Notes under the pieces: generated by a model
Told to the model about the DNA's origin: nothing
The model's database searches: none
What the model saw: only the letters and a program-made list of their open reading frames with translations
Position numbers and translations under genes: made by a program
NCBI RefSeq assembly: GCF_009834535.1
Contig: NC_045697.1
Coordinates: forward strand, 81,408,001-81,472,000
Direction of reading: 5' to 3'
Origin: Camelus ferus
Lineage: Eukaryota
DNA length: 64,000 nucleotides
Shown here: piece by piece, positions 27,106-40,415 of the stretch
How the letters are laid out: the number at the start of each line of letters is the position of its first letter
Numbering within the stretch: position 1 is the first letter of the stretch

Positions 27106-28641
27106 GCAGGATACTCCCTCTGAATGGTGCTGAGGCCAGCAGAGAGATGCCCACATTGTAAAGACAGACATCCATTTTTACACATTTTTCTTAACTCCAT
27201 TCTCACTGATTTGCATTTTTCAGATATCATTCATGAACTCTGACTGACCTGAGAAAAAAGAAATGCTGCTGTTTTCAGTTGACAACTGATACAGTCTCTT
27301 GGCATTTTCAATCTGAACTGGAGGAGGATGTAATTTCTCAAACTGCTTGTGGGAGTTTAAACCTGAAGTCTTCGGAGAAAAACAGAAAACAGCTCCACTG
27401 GTCATAAAAAATTCCGAACAGTAAAGTATTTATTATTGATATTTTCAGGTCCCTACTGGATATCACTACACTACAGAGATAACAAATGCAAAGACCTGTG
27501 GCCCAAATATGTGGACTATGTTAATTCTTTCCATAGAAAATATTTAGAGTGATTTATCTTCTGCCTGTAACTGCCTCAGAGCCCTATACAATTTTGTTAA
27601 CTAGAACATTCATGGCTCCGTTCTGCAAAATACCTTTATTGGGTGATTCAAATCATCACACTCTCACAGTAAAGCTAAATATTATTTCTGACAAAAAGTG
27701 AGTTGACAGAAAACAAAATATTTTGAAGCATTCTGATTTTTTTTTTTTTTTGGTCTTTCTGTGTTTTCATGGGGAGATGAAAAAGCTTCAATCATATGCC
27801 ACTATTCATATGCTATTTCAAACTGGAGTACTTACTGGCATCTCTTGACTAAAACAAAAGTGACTTCACCCAAGAAAATAAACTAGCATGTGACACTGCA
27901 TCACTAGATACCTCTTTATTCAAAGGTGTAGTTTCCAATTGCATGTTGTTTACAGGGTATTATAAGACAAAACAAAGGAACTCAGAAAGTTTTCTATTTA
28001 TTTCATATATGCAGAGAAATGTTCAGCCACAGAAGATGGCATCAACATTTCACTTGCAGATAAGAATTTAGAACACAGATTCTGCAAGGCAAAATTCACC
28101 TTGAGAACATGTTGTTCAGAATCTATTACAATGAAGCCCAGGTCCTCTCAGTGCAGATGAAAATACCCAGCAGCTGGTGGTCATGATATTCTGGATTAGT
28201 GAGATACCTGAACTGTACTTTGGATGACAACAGAGTGATGGCTCAAGGCACTGCAGGATTTCCACCATTACTCATAAACTGTCCTAACAGTTTTAGAAAA
28301 CTCTCAAATGCAAATAACACTTAGAACTTCTACACCATTTTCTCACAAGTTGTTGACATTAATATATTTATAAAGGTAAAATAATTATAGCTCATATTTC
28401 TAGAAATGCAGTTCCATGCCATTAGAACAATTTGACTTCAAGAAAATATCAATGAATTTCCTGCTCTATTTTCTAGGTAAAACAAAATGCTTAAGGTGTA
28501 TTCAATGTCTTATGATATGTCTTTGCACTATAAAACTAGAAATTCACCCTTTGTTTTAAAGGAGGGAAATGAAAATATTGACTTCCATTCAAACAAATCT
28601 CTCTCCATATATATCTATAGCTATACAGATAGATGGCCATA

Positions 28642-28658
28642 TTATATGTATATATGTA

Positions 28659-28699
<41 letters not shown>
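28642..28699. repeat. Compound (TA)n/(TG)n microsatellite
   Basis: Visible TG run followed by TA run. Confidence 0.95.
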
Positions 28700-29084
28700 G
28701 CAAGAACATAAACTAACAAGTGGCATTGCATAGAAAATTAATTAATGAGTGATGTTGCATCTCTCAATAGGCTCAATAAAGAGGATGGTAAAACTGTGAA
28801 AACTATGACTACGCTGACAAGTGAAATTAACTACTGGCTGGAGTCCTCAATATTCTTCCTAAACAGAAGGTCTTTGTAAACCTTAATCGTTTCTAACCTT
28901 ATCATCACTGATGATGCAACTTCTGGTAGAATAAACAATCATCTCTCACCTAAGACTGTCGAAACTCTTTTATTTGGAAATACTGGAGGTCCAATAACTT
29001 TATATCCTCATGTAAAAGGATTCCCCAAAATCTGTCATGTTTTTCATCACTTAGCACATTCACTCTTTTTCCTCCATTTAAAAA

Positions 29085-29365
29085 AAATTGAATTAGAATT
29101 GATATATAATATTATATAAGTTACAGATGTACAATATAGCGATCTATACTTTTTAAAGTTTATGTGCCATTTATAGTTATTATAAAATACTGGTCATAGT
29201 CTCTGTGTTGTACAATATATCCTTGTAGCTTATTTTACACAGAATAGTTTGTACCTCTTACTCTCATCCCTATATTACCCTTACCTGCCTCTTCGCTCTC
29301 CCCACTGGTAACCACTAAGTTGTTCTCTGTATCTGAGTCTGCTTCTTTTTTTGTTATATTCACTA
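29085..29365 (-). mobile_element. L1 3' end (older subfamily)
   Basis: 'tgtgttgtacaatatatccttgtagcttattttac', 'cccactggtaaccactaagttgttctctgtatctgagtctgcttc'. Confidence 0.8.
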
Positions 29366-29989
29366 TATATAGCTTGATATATAGCACATTGGTTCTTTTA
29401 GTAGGCTTTTAGTAAATACACATTATCTAGTATGAACCAAGTAAGGATTAGATGCAGTTAAAATATTGGGTAAGATGCGTATTCACCTTCAGGGAATTTA
29501 CAGTCCAGTACACCTACAGCATTGATTTCAGTGTCAGGCAGAACCTAGTTACAATATTTGCCTCAACACTTACTTCAATATATGGTCCAGAGATGATGTG
29601 AAGAGAAATTAGATAATATTTGTAATTTTTATTGCACTGCAAGATACAAGTCAATAATTTGGATCTTTAAATACAGTATTCAGTAACAGAATACAAATTA
29701 TGTCACTAAAGGAACAACCTCAAAAATTTCTTAGACATTTTTCTAATAAATTATAAAACAAATATTATAACCATTTCTTTGTCTGTATTTATTTTGTGGT
29801 CATCTTAAATAAATTACAATAGCAAAATGAACTATAATTTTTCTCTAACCACAAAAGTTGTCCATTGAATTAATTAGTATTTTTAAACCTATTTTTTAAC
29901 ACATATTTGGCTTTGTGAAAAGACATCTCTTTACAAGTTAAAATTATACTAAAAAGGAAGGGTATTTTAAAGTAAACTCAAAACAAAAA

Positions 29990-30500
29990 ATAAACATAAA
30001 AGTGTATACATCATCAGAATTCAGTTTTACAGATTTTTAGGAAGTAAATCCTACTCACATAACCAGTACACAGACCAAGAAAGAAAACAGTATCAGCAAT
30101 ACAGAAGTTACCTCTTGTACACTTTTCTACCCTTTTTGCAACTATATATATAGAATCATGCAGCAAAATGCTCTTTGGTGTCTGGCTTCTTTCACTTGAT
30201 ATTATGTATCTAGCAGTAGTTTATTCATTTTCTCATTATTACTGAAGACTTTTCTTGCATAACTATAACACAATTTGTTTATGTATTCTAACGTTGATGG
30301 ATATATGGTTGATGCCAGATTTTGATTCTTATTAGTTGTGTTGCTGTAAACATTCTTGTGGTGTTTTTTTGCTGAAAATATGGCTGTGTATCTGTTCAGA
30401 ATCAGATAAACTTTTCTGAGTTTGTGTGTCTCAATATTACACTTGTGAGCTCCATCACATCATTGTTCATAGTAGTAGTCCATTCATTGTCCTTAACTGG
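29990..30500 (-). mobile_element. L1ME-type 3' region fragment
   Basis: 'tctggcttctttcacttgatattatg', 'attctaacgttgatggatatatggttg', 'gctgtaaacattcttgtg'. Confidence 0.65.
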
Positions 30501-31603
30501 TAATGTCTGAGTACTTTGTTTTGATATGTTTTTTTCTTGCTGGTTTCCTTGGGGTTGCACATTTTTCTGATTTAGGTTGAATTTGCCTAGAATGATGTTT
30601 GCCCCAGAGAATGTCTGTTAATAGCCTACTTATTCTTTGCCTCTTTCCTGTCACCCTGAAACAGCTCCCTTAGTCAATCAGTTAATACTTGGCAATCAAT
30701 GCTTAGCGGCCTAGAACAATGATCTCTTACTGCTTTCATCATGTGTAATCCTGAGAAAAGACTCACTATATACAAAGAGTTAAAACTCTTCTAGCATTTT
30801 TTAATTAAGTAGCCATTGACTTTATGGTTATTTTATTTCCTTTTCCTTTTGAAATCCTTTATAATTAAGCAAAGTCAATGCCTAATTTACTAAAACCTTC
30901 ACTTTTTAGTACTCTCTTATCTCACACTTGAATTGCCTTCTCGTGTTTCTAGAAACTTAGAAAGTTATGGGAAAAAGAACTTGTCTAGACTTGTTTAAAA
31001 TAAAAGTTTATGTAAAACTGGGGAAAGAATTACTCAGTTACATCGATCCTATCAGGTGGCTCTGAGCTTCTCACCAGCAAGCTGCATGCTAGGTGCTTCT
31101 TCAGATATTGTTGGTGTTATCTGTATTTTAAACAATCAGCCAAGTCACTTATACTTTATCTTATCTTGATTTTTAATTTCTGACACTATGTAAAGCTGTT
31201 TTTCTCTTCTTCACTTAAATAACATTTTACTGCTTAAGTACTATATATATTTCTAATTTTAGTTTTTCTACTATTAATACATAATTTCAACATTCCTGAG
31301 AGATTTTTGCCAATAGTGGTGTTAAAAGTAAGGCTTTAATAAATAGTAATTTAAGTACGAGACTTTCAAAAACACATACAAAAGCAAGTTATCTTAAGTT
31401 ATTATTTTTTAGAATAGGTTGAAAACAAACTATGACAGTTGCCTGATATTGATATTTATTTCCCTGTTGGCCCAATTCTTTTTTGGAAAACAAGTCTTGA
31501 CATGGTGGATTGGTATATTTTAATTCTTGGAGGGAAAATAGCAGGAAGGACATTTGGGAATAATGAATTACTACTGAACTATTTTTGAGGATAGTATATG
31601 AAC

Positions 31604-32104
31604 TGTCAAGGAAAAACTGCACAAGTAAAACAGGCAAGGGAGAGTTTATTCAAGACTATTGCAATAAAGGTCAAGACTACTGTAATGGGGAGAGAGATTA
31701 TGCTCAACGCCACTGAAACAAAAGGCAAGAGGATTTTTAAAGAATTGTGTGAGCTAATGGAAAAGTACTGGAGGACATTAGGTCTGGAGGTTGGTCCATG
31801 TGATTAGGTCATCTGTTGTTTGCCAATTGTCCTTAACAAAGTTAAAGTTTTACCCTCCCACAAAGACTGGAAGATAGCAGCCCTATTTTCTTGATGATTA
31901 CATTTCTAAGGGATGATTTCCAGGTCTTTGAGAAAGACATCTTTGGGTTGTGGAAGATTTATATTTCATGGGACAGAGGAAGAATTTTCCATGGCAAGTT
32001 TTCTAAAGTAAATGCTCTAAGAAAAGGGAGGTCAGGGGACTATAGTCAGGAAGAATACTAGCCAAAGTTCATTCATGTTAGGAATGTTAAGGCTCTCTTG
32101 GTCA
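31604..32104 (-). mobile_element. MER34-like ERV1 solo LTR
   Basis: TG...CA termini; motifs 'gatgattacatttc', 'ccaggtctttgagaaagacat', 'ttttctaaagtaaatgctctaagaaaagggaggtcagggg'; TTTATT (minus-strand poly(A) signal) near 31645. Confidence 0.75.
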
Positions 32105-33361
32105 ATACAAAATATTTATTTTCATACAAAAAAATCATGTACAGAGTTCCTTTATATTTTTAATCCAGTAACATGTTTCTCAGAAACAAACAAACAACTA
32201 ACTAACCTTGTTCTGGTTTGAATATGAGAATTGACCTTTACTCTGATTCCTGCTAAGGCAGAGTTATAAAAACACATAAGAAAATATTATATAGGGCATA
32301 GTTAACATCCAAAGACATATCCCTATAATTCCAATATAAATATAAATTAATTTGCTGGAATAACTTTTTTCAAGAATTCAAAATTCAATCTTAACATCAA
32401 CTACTTTCACTAACTTACGTTCTTGAAATGAGTTGAATTATCTTGTAGCTTTATAAGCTAGACCTGGTAAGTTTAATTTCTTCTGACTATAAATGAAACC
32501 CAAAAGCAATGACTCCCTCTGGCACATAGATAATTTTCAAGTTGCTGTAATTTAGTGTTATAGTCAAATAGTTAACAAGAAAACAAAATATTTCAGCTTC
32601 TTTGCCTGATGTGCAATGAGTATATTTAATCATTTTAAAACAATGCAATTTTATTATCACAGAAGAAAACTTGAAAAAAATCTTAAAATTATCTTTTGAA
32701 TGTTAATTGCCCACTGTTCAAAGGTCTGTTGACACTCAGTTGTTTTGTACAGGTTTATATACATGACCACTTCCTCTTTTGTTCTTAGTCATGAATTTCC
32801 TGTTTCCTATATATGCTGTCCTTATTTAAACACTTTCTCCCTCTGCCTGTCAAACTGCTACTCTAATTTTCACATTGCTGCATACAATAAGCAAATGATG
32901 TGAAACACAAATTCTATTAAAATTTATTTTGCATAAAGTGGTTTTATACTTTATATCATAAATAAATGTAAAAGAGGCAGTTTTTAAATGATTTTTCCAT
33001 AGCTATACTACTTCAAAGGTAAAATAATTTGTTTTCTTCATTGATAAATCAAAATTAAGTAGACCACAGACTACTGACTTTTTTCTAATCAATTTAATCT
33101 GTGATGCTAAAGTGTCTCTCATTTTACAATGTTTTAAATATTTGCTTTCTAAACTTTTAACCAAATATGAATAAGTTTTGAGAACAAATGCATAAACATA
33201 GATGACACCCCTTTGGCTTTCACAAGATGTTAATGTAAGAGCTAGTCATAGTTTTTAAACAAAAACAAACAAAACAAAATAATAAACTTTATTTGTGGAA
33301 TTATTTTAAGAGTTTTGTTTTTGGAACTATACACGATTTTCTGATTTCCATATTATCTTTT

Positions 33362-33503
33362 CCCCATTTTTTGTTTTTTTTGCAAGGGGAGATAATTAGG
33401 TTTACTTATTTATTTATTTTTTTCCTGTAAGTACTGGGGATTGAACCCAGGACCCTGTGCATGCTAGGCATGCATTTTACCACTTGAGCTATACACTCCC
33501 AGC
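33362..33503 (-). mobile_element. Camelid tRNA-derived SINE (vic-1-like)
   Basis: Reverse complement GGGAGTGTATAGCTCAAGTGGTAAAATGCATGCCTAGCATGCACAGGGTCCTGGGTTCAATCCCCAGTAC with A/B boxes and A-rich tail; TSD tccatattatctttt (33347-33361) / tccatatatctttt (33504-33517). Confidence 0.9.
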
Positions 33504-34169
33504 TCCATATATCTTTTATAAGCATGTTTTTATAAACATACTGAGTTAGATTTAAAATATATATATCCATTATTTATCCTTTATTGTTTTACTCTAACTT
33601 AGAGTCTGATAATCTTACCAAGCTAGAGCAACCACGTGAGCCAGAGTGACATCACAACAAAAGAAGCCCTGAGTTGGTTTTTCAGTCTACAGACTCTATG
33701 ACAAATGAGCAGTTTCAGTTCTCAGAGTTTTTCTCTATGTTCTATGGAAGCCATAAAAGGAAGAAAGGGGAAGCAATGTATGAAATTGGAATGTTATCAG
33801 AGGGGAAGTAACTTGAAATTCGTTGGTACAGAGAATGTGAGGGTAAGTGATCCTAGCGTGAATCTCTTTCTCACATGTGCTAACATTGCACTTTCTATTT
33901 TTCTGCTCCCTGCATTCTAGGATACTGCTAAGATGTCTGGTTAGTTTTTGGACAAATAGCTGTGGTTTCATCCTCCTTGACACTCTGCTAGACTCATTTC
34001 TCAGGCCTTCTACTTCTGGTTGGGAACTGTGGCTGGTGCACCTTTAGTAGAAGTGGTGGACATCAGTATCAGGCCTAATTCTCAGACATGTACAATTTCT
34101 CACATAATCTTCCAAATTCTCTAACTTTCCTCATATACTGATGAGATAAAGATAATCTAGTGGATTATT

Positions 34170-34362
34170 CCAAGGTCTTTAAGAAGCCACGTAAAGGTGG
34201 AGCATTGATCTCTGAATAATTCTGTGAAGTTGAATCTTCCAAAAGCCAACTGCCTTTAAGCCCCATGGTGAGTGAGAAATAAACTCTGACTACATTAAAT
34301 CACTGAGATGTTGGAGGTGGGTTTTTAAATAGTAATTAATAATAATTAGGATGACTAACACA
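34170..34362 (+). mobile_element. MaLR (MLT1) LTR 3' part
   Basis: 'gtgagaaataaactctgactacattaaatcactgagatgttggagg...tgactaacaca'. Confidence 0.6.
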
Positions 34363-35180
34363 GATATATTTTATTTATTAGTTGTCATTTCATGCTACTG
34401 AGATATGCTGGACACCATAACAGGACATTTCCCATCTCTGAAAGTGTTACTTAAGTATTTTGCTTATTCTATGCACCAGAATCTTGACTAATAACAAGAT
34501 ACATAATCACTTGTAATGTTCATCTGAGGTCCATACTGCTGTTTAAGCATATTGGAAAAAAATCTTCATTTAAGGACTTAAAAATAATAACATATAATAT
34601 AAAAAAATTAACATTACCTTAATTTTGAATAACAGAATTGATGTTATCATATGAAATTACATATATGTGTATACATGCACATATATACTTGTATTTATTA
34701 TATAGGTTAGTATAAAAGTATATGTTCTATTTAATATATATGTAAATTTGTTATATAGTTATATTTAAATATATAAATGCATGCTATATACCTACTCTTC
34801 AACTAAATGCAGAATAAAACTATTACAGCTGACAATTTGATGTGAATTTTAAAAATTTCATTTGGGAGACATTTGGAGATACCCTTTGCTAATGTTGCTA
34901 AACGAAAGGACTCTATTCTTAAATTTTCTGGTTTTATTGTTCATTTCTGACAAAGTTCTTTTTTTCTATATTCATACGCTGGGATGTTGTTTTCTTATAA
35001 AAGATCTTCATAATTTTTGGAGAAATCGTTGAATCTTTGTTAAAGTACAGAATTTATTTTAAGTACATGTATTGTTTGGCTTATTACATTCTTCAGTATT
35101 TTCTTTAAAAAGCAAAATAGAGTGTACATACTACCTCTCTGACAATAACTATGAAGGGTCTGAGAATTGCTCTATTTGTA

Positions 35181-35573
35181 AGTTAGCAAGTCACTCTGAC
35201 ACACAGTTTCATAGATTCTGGAAGGAAACAAGAGACTACTGGGTCAGAAACAAAGGCGTTTATTACTCATAGCAGTAACATCAGCCAATGTATCAGCATT
35301 TCCTTGTGTGATTCCCCAAGTGCCAGTTCTCACAAGGCAACACTAAGAAGACAAAATGGTACCTATACTCATAAGAGAATAACCTCAATCTTGGGAACTT
35401 GAACCTCAATCTTGAACTTGTCCTTTGCTCCAGAGGGAGACACTGTTCCTATCTTCCAAATTGTTTACTATAAAAGCAGTCTTGAAAGATAGTTCAGAAC
35501 AAAGGTAGTCAGTGCCTCTGCTTGTGAAGATATGCAGAAACATGAGAGACCCGTGGGGGATTGCCTGCCAACT
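35181..35573 (-). mobile_element. MER54/MER74-like ERVL solo LTR, internally deleted
   Basis: Reverse complement begins GTTGGCAGGCAATCCCCCACGGGTCTCTCATGTTTCTGCA...GGCACTGACTACCTTTGTTCTGAACTATCTTTCAAG; 'gggtcagaaacaaaggcgtttattactca' near the other end. Confidence 0.75.
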
Positions 35574-36210
35574 CTATCAAGTAGCCCCTGTATCCGCAAA
35601 TGCTTCTAGGTCTGTGTTCAATCTCTATAAATTATATCAATCTCCTTTTTCTCTGTTCAGGTTTCCACAATGAGAAAGGGATTTCATTCTATTTTATTTA
35701 ACTACACAGAGTAAAATCTAGATTACAATCTTTGCCAGACTCTGTTTCACCCACTGGGCTGAGTCAAAATGTTTTGACACTTGTTTCATTTCATCCTTAA
35801 CCAGCTTCTTCTCTGCATTCTGTTTGCAGTTGCTCACGGTGTTAATATTTAAATATCCACAGCCTGTGCCCTCTTATATGAGTAACGTGAGCCACAAATC
35901 GAATGGTTCTTGGACTTTCCCCTTAAGGGATATAAATTACAATGGCAACAATAAGACATAATGTATGAATGCAAAAATAACAAAATGTAAGGGACTGAAT
36001 GTGAACAGAGTTAAATGCCAAGGTAAATGTTAGTGCTACATAAAGTTCTTTATTTCAGACAAAAACTGTTTATAAAAATGGATACTAATGGACCATCCCT
36101 CTTAAATAATTTATTTAAATAGACATTTTAATTTAGCTGAACATAAAGGTATAGTTTTCAGATGTCAACTGAATTAAATTTGTCAGTTTGCTCTCAAAAT
36201 CAGTTTAGTG

Positions 36211-36519
36211 CAGCACTGTCTAACAGATAAATAACACGAACCTCATATGCAATCGTAAAAGTTCTAGTAAGCACGTTAAAAATAGAAACAAGTAAAATTA
36301 AATGTAACACATTTTATTTAAGCCCATATATCCAAAATAGTATTTATATTATATAATCAACACAGAAATATTAGTGAGTTTCTTCACATTCTTTCTTTAT
36401 CCTAAGCCTTCAAATTTTAGTGTGTATTTTATAGTTATGGCACATCTCAGCTTGAGCAAGACACAATTCAAGTACTCATTTACTACAGGTGGCTAGTGCC
36501 TACAATATTGGACAGCATG
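36211..36519 (+). mobile_element. MER33 hAT-Charlie MITE, near full length
   Basis: Terminal inverted repeats CAGCACTGTCTAA / TTGGACAGCATG; internal 'ggtggctagtgcctacaatattggacagc'. Confidence 0.9.
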
Positions 36520-36659
36520 AAAAAGAAAGTCTACTGTCTTTTAATTGCTTCATCCAACTGACAAAATGGCAATTTAACTAAAATTACATGGATGCCAAGA
36601 TACCCTCTATAAGTGTACCTGAACAAACTTTTTGAATTTAATCTTTCCATCAGTAGCAG

Positions 36660-36830
36660 AATGATACAGAGGCAGGAACATTGGACTAAGGGTCTCGAAT
36701 CACAGGCTAAAGTTCCTGCAGACTAGCTATAGGACCTTGAGTGAGTCACATAAACTCTTGGGTCTTCTTCCCTCATGTATACAAGAAAGGTTTTAGGTTT
36801 TATGATTTATAAACTAGTTTTAATTCTAAA
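36660..36830 (+). mobile_element. MIR SINE
   Basis: 'actagctataggaccttgagtgagtcacataaactcttgggtctt.ttccctcatgtata'. Confidence 0.7.
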
Positions 36831-38669
36831 ATTCTGTCGATCTACACAGACCAAATAAATAGATGGGGGGAGGGTATAAAATGTTATTAATGTGAGAAAT
36901 AGGTAATCATGACTTTGGAAGATCAATGGCTATGCTTACTATGCATAGCTATTGCATCTCCTTTGTGTAGGGTCACATAAAAATCACATAAACATATGCA
37001 GTTAATTTGATATAAAGCATTAGAATAGCCTGAATATAAACATTTAACAAAAATTATGTGGATTATCTCATTTAAGACTTGAGGTGTATCTTAGCCATTT
37101 AAAACTTCTACTGAGCCATTACATCTAATTCAGAAGTGCAGTTTTTTCTTCCAAAAAGGTCAGGTACAACGAAATAAGCAACATGTAGTAGAGAAAAACG
37201 ATGTATTAAACATGCTGCAGTCTTCCTAGACACATACATTAACCTGTCTGGCTGAAGGTATTTGCTAATTCATTTAGCCCAAAACATTGTCTTGAAAACT
37301 CACAGCTGGTTACAAATCCAATCTTTTACAAAGCTATATACCTGCAGGCCGCTCAAAGAAATATTCAAGTTCAACTTCAACTGCAATGGGAAGTTAATCA
37401 TTAAGTTAACTCCCTAATTTTCTTATACAATTGAGTCAATCATATTGAATTTGCCCTTTAACATTTTGGCTTTTTTTCCTGCCAAAAGGGATTTGGCCCT
37501 ACAAAGAGAGAGAGAGAGGAAAAAAAACTGTATTGATAGAACAATTACAAGTACAGGAATATTTGCTTTGCAACCATTGAGTTTATCACTCTGTTACTAA
37601 TGACCCAATGTGCTTGATTTCAGATTTCAGAAAAAAAAAATTAACGTCCCCTTAATTTTTATGGCAGTGTAGGTGTCTGCATACATTCAGTAAGAATCTG
37701 TTGCTGCCACTTATTTAATAAGTGCCAACTGTAGTACCAAGACATACTTGGTGTCATATTTGAGACTAAGTCTCATTGAATCAGAAATAAAAACCCTTCT
37801 ATTAAATAAAAGGGGTTGTGTTATATGTAAAGGAAATGTTTAAAAAAAAAATCCAGAAAAACTGGCCTGCTACCTGTTTCATACCTAAAGGACTTAAGTA
37901 TCACTTCCTGGCAAGCCAAAAACCTCAGTGTATTTTGGGATCCTCAAGTAGACAGAATTTCCCCAAAATCAAAAAGTACTGCTATTGAAATAACAGAAGC
38001 TTTTAGAAGGTCCAATCCTGTATTCCTTAATGAAAGCTCAGGGTAGAAGTTAATCCTATGGCCTCAGCAGTTGCTCAATAATTTGTGTCCAAGGAGGTTT
38101 GCATAGTTAATACTTTCAGTTGTAAACATTCAGAACAGAACAAAACGAGACTAGCCTCCTGTTAAACCAAGTACCGTTTAAGAGTATTATCAAAATGGAG
38201 AAACTAGTAAGAAAAAAATACAAAAACCTATAAAAAATAAAAAGTATATGGCAGCTTTAACAAGCCAATCTGAAAATTATTAATTTCTTTAGGAGAATCT
38301 ACCTGTTACTTGCTATTTGATTAGAGCCCAGTCACTGTATAGTTTCACGTTGATTTATGCATTTCTTTTGGGTAGAAAAGGTAACTCCAAGGACTATGAA
38401 CATTAAATAGGTTTGTATCTGATGTAGCAACCATTTTATAATTTTTTTTTAAATGACTTTCGCAATGGACATATTCTGGTTCTTTAAATGCTTGTGCAGT
38501 CACTGTCTTACTAGTTCATTAATCAATCAGTTGAATAAAACAATAAACATACACATTCTATTAATGTATGAGAATCACATTTTTAACAATTGAAAATGAT
38601 ACTTTAACACTTAAAACTATCTTGGAAACTAAATTATTCATGCAACTCAGTTATCTTAGAAACAGCCAC

Positions 38670-39061
38670 TAGGAGACCATTCGTCTAAACAGTTTAGCCA
38701 TTTGGGCAAATACTTCTCCCATCAGCACAACAGATTGTTCACCTATGCAAACAGACAACTTCTTACATATTAAGACTTGCTCACTTTATTACGTCACAAA
38801 CTTCAGCCAAGACCAAATGGTTCTCTGCTTTGAGCTTAGATTGTAAAATCCTACAAACATACTCTCCTGATTTCCCTCCTCCGACCTTACAAAACCACCG
38901 GAGCCCAGATTCCCAGACTTTACATACTCTCCTAGCCATTCCCTTCTCCAAAACCACAAAGATTCTTCCAAGATGTATTCTCCCTTAATAAAAGGTCTAA
39001 TAAATTTAGCTAAACTTGAGCAACAGGTTATCTTGGTGGTCTTTTGAAAAGGGAGTTGACA
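38670..39061 (+). mobile_element. Old ERV1-type LTR (MER31/MER110-like)
   Basis: AATAAA near the 3' end and terminus 'caacaggttatcttggtggtcttt...ttgaca'; 5' boundary uncertain. Confidence 0.55.
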
Positions 39062-40239
39062 GACGAATTTGGGCCATGGACCTGGCTTTGAGTTATTCTG
39101 AAGAGTTTTTGTGTTTATGAGGATATGTTAATTTGTGGGTGGAGAGCACAACTTTATCAGATGATAAAAGTATTCTGCATCTCAAAAGTGTAAGGTCTGC
39201 TCTTTAGAAGATATACTTTATGGATTATTTTAATGATAATTAAAAGGTTCTAGATCTGCGTCACTGTTACACCTACAGAAGCTAAGTTCTTTAGACAGGT
39301 GGAGAGAACACTTGTTATGTAGCTTTTTCCAGGCATGGCAATATATTCAGTTCTTTTAAAATTTCAGTAAAGTCTCCTCACTGTGTACCTGTGTGTAAAA
39401 ACCAAGACCATGGCTGCTCTTATTGCTTAATTGTACTCTAAATATTAGGCACCTTAATATTACATTCTATAATAGATGGTTTCTTGGAATAGATTCTACC
39501 ATTTTTTCCCTATGCAAAATGGTCAAAAAGAAGGATTCCAAAAATAATGAAAAGAAATCTATAAGAAAACTTAGAGGATACATGATATCAAGAGAGGTAA
39601 CAACATGGCAAGCCATTCTTATTTTCATTATAATACACTTTCCCTTTGTTTATCCACTGATTTTACCTTAGAGGACTATTCATATAAAACAAATAATAAA
39701 ATTATAAAAAATACAAGTAGTATAAGGAAACTTTGTCTTGAAGAGAACACTATTTAAGCATGGTTGGTTGTATTTTTGATGCTTGTTTTTGTCCCCAGTA
39801 ATTGTAATAAATAATTCCTAAATTAACAAAATGAATAAAAACCTACTTTATTGCCCCACAAATGATCTCATGGCCAGAATTATGCCTTTCTTCCCAGAAA
39901 GTATAAAACTTTAAAGCTATATATTAAATACAGTGGATTCTTCTGTGTAGCTTTTCCTACTGGATGGATGTAGATGAAAACAAATACGGACTCACTGGCT
40001 CCTCCTGGGTGAGAGTCAGATCAACTGGCCTCCTCACCAAATCTTCAGAAGGACAGGTGAGATTAGAAAACATTTATTGCATTGGTTCTGAGAAAAAGGT
40101 CAACACAGATCAAACATAGTTGTCTGACTACCAGATCTGACTGGTGACTCCTTCACAAACTCCTTTTCAAACTCTTGACCAACTCTATTCATCAAATTTA
40201 TGTTTGCCTCTTTCTGCTCCCTTGCACAGAACTGTCTTA

Positions 40240-40415
40240 CAGGGCCAGCTTCAGGGGCATGTGAACTGTGCCATTACACAGAGCCCTGAGCTCAGAGTGG
40301 ATTCATATTTAGTTTATGCTCTGCTGTTACCATCCTAAAAGTCTTAACATTTTTGAACAAGGGGTCCCACATTTTCATTTTGCACTGGGTCCTGAAAATT
40401 ATGTAGCTGGTCCTA
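40240..40415 (+). mobile_element. MER91A hAT-type MITE
   Basis: CAGGGCCAGCTTCA...TTATGTAGCTGGTCCT inverted termini; 'aacaaggggtcccacattttcattttgcactgggtcc'. Confidence 0.85.
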
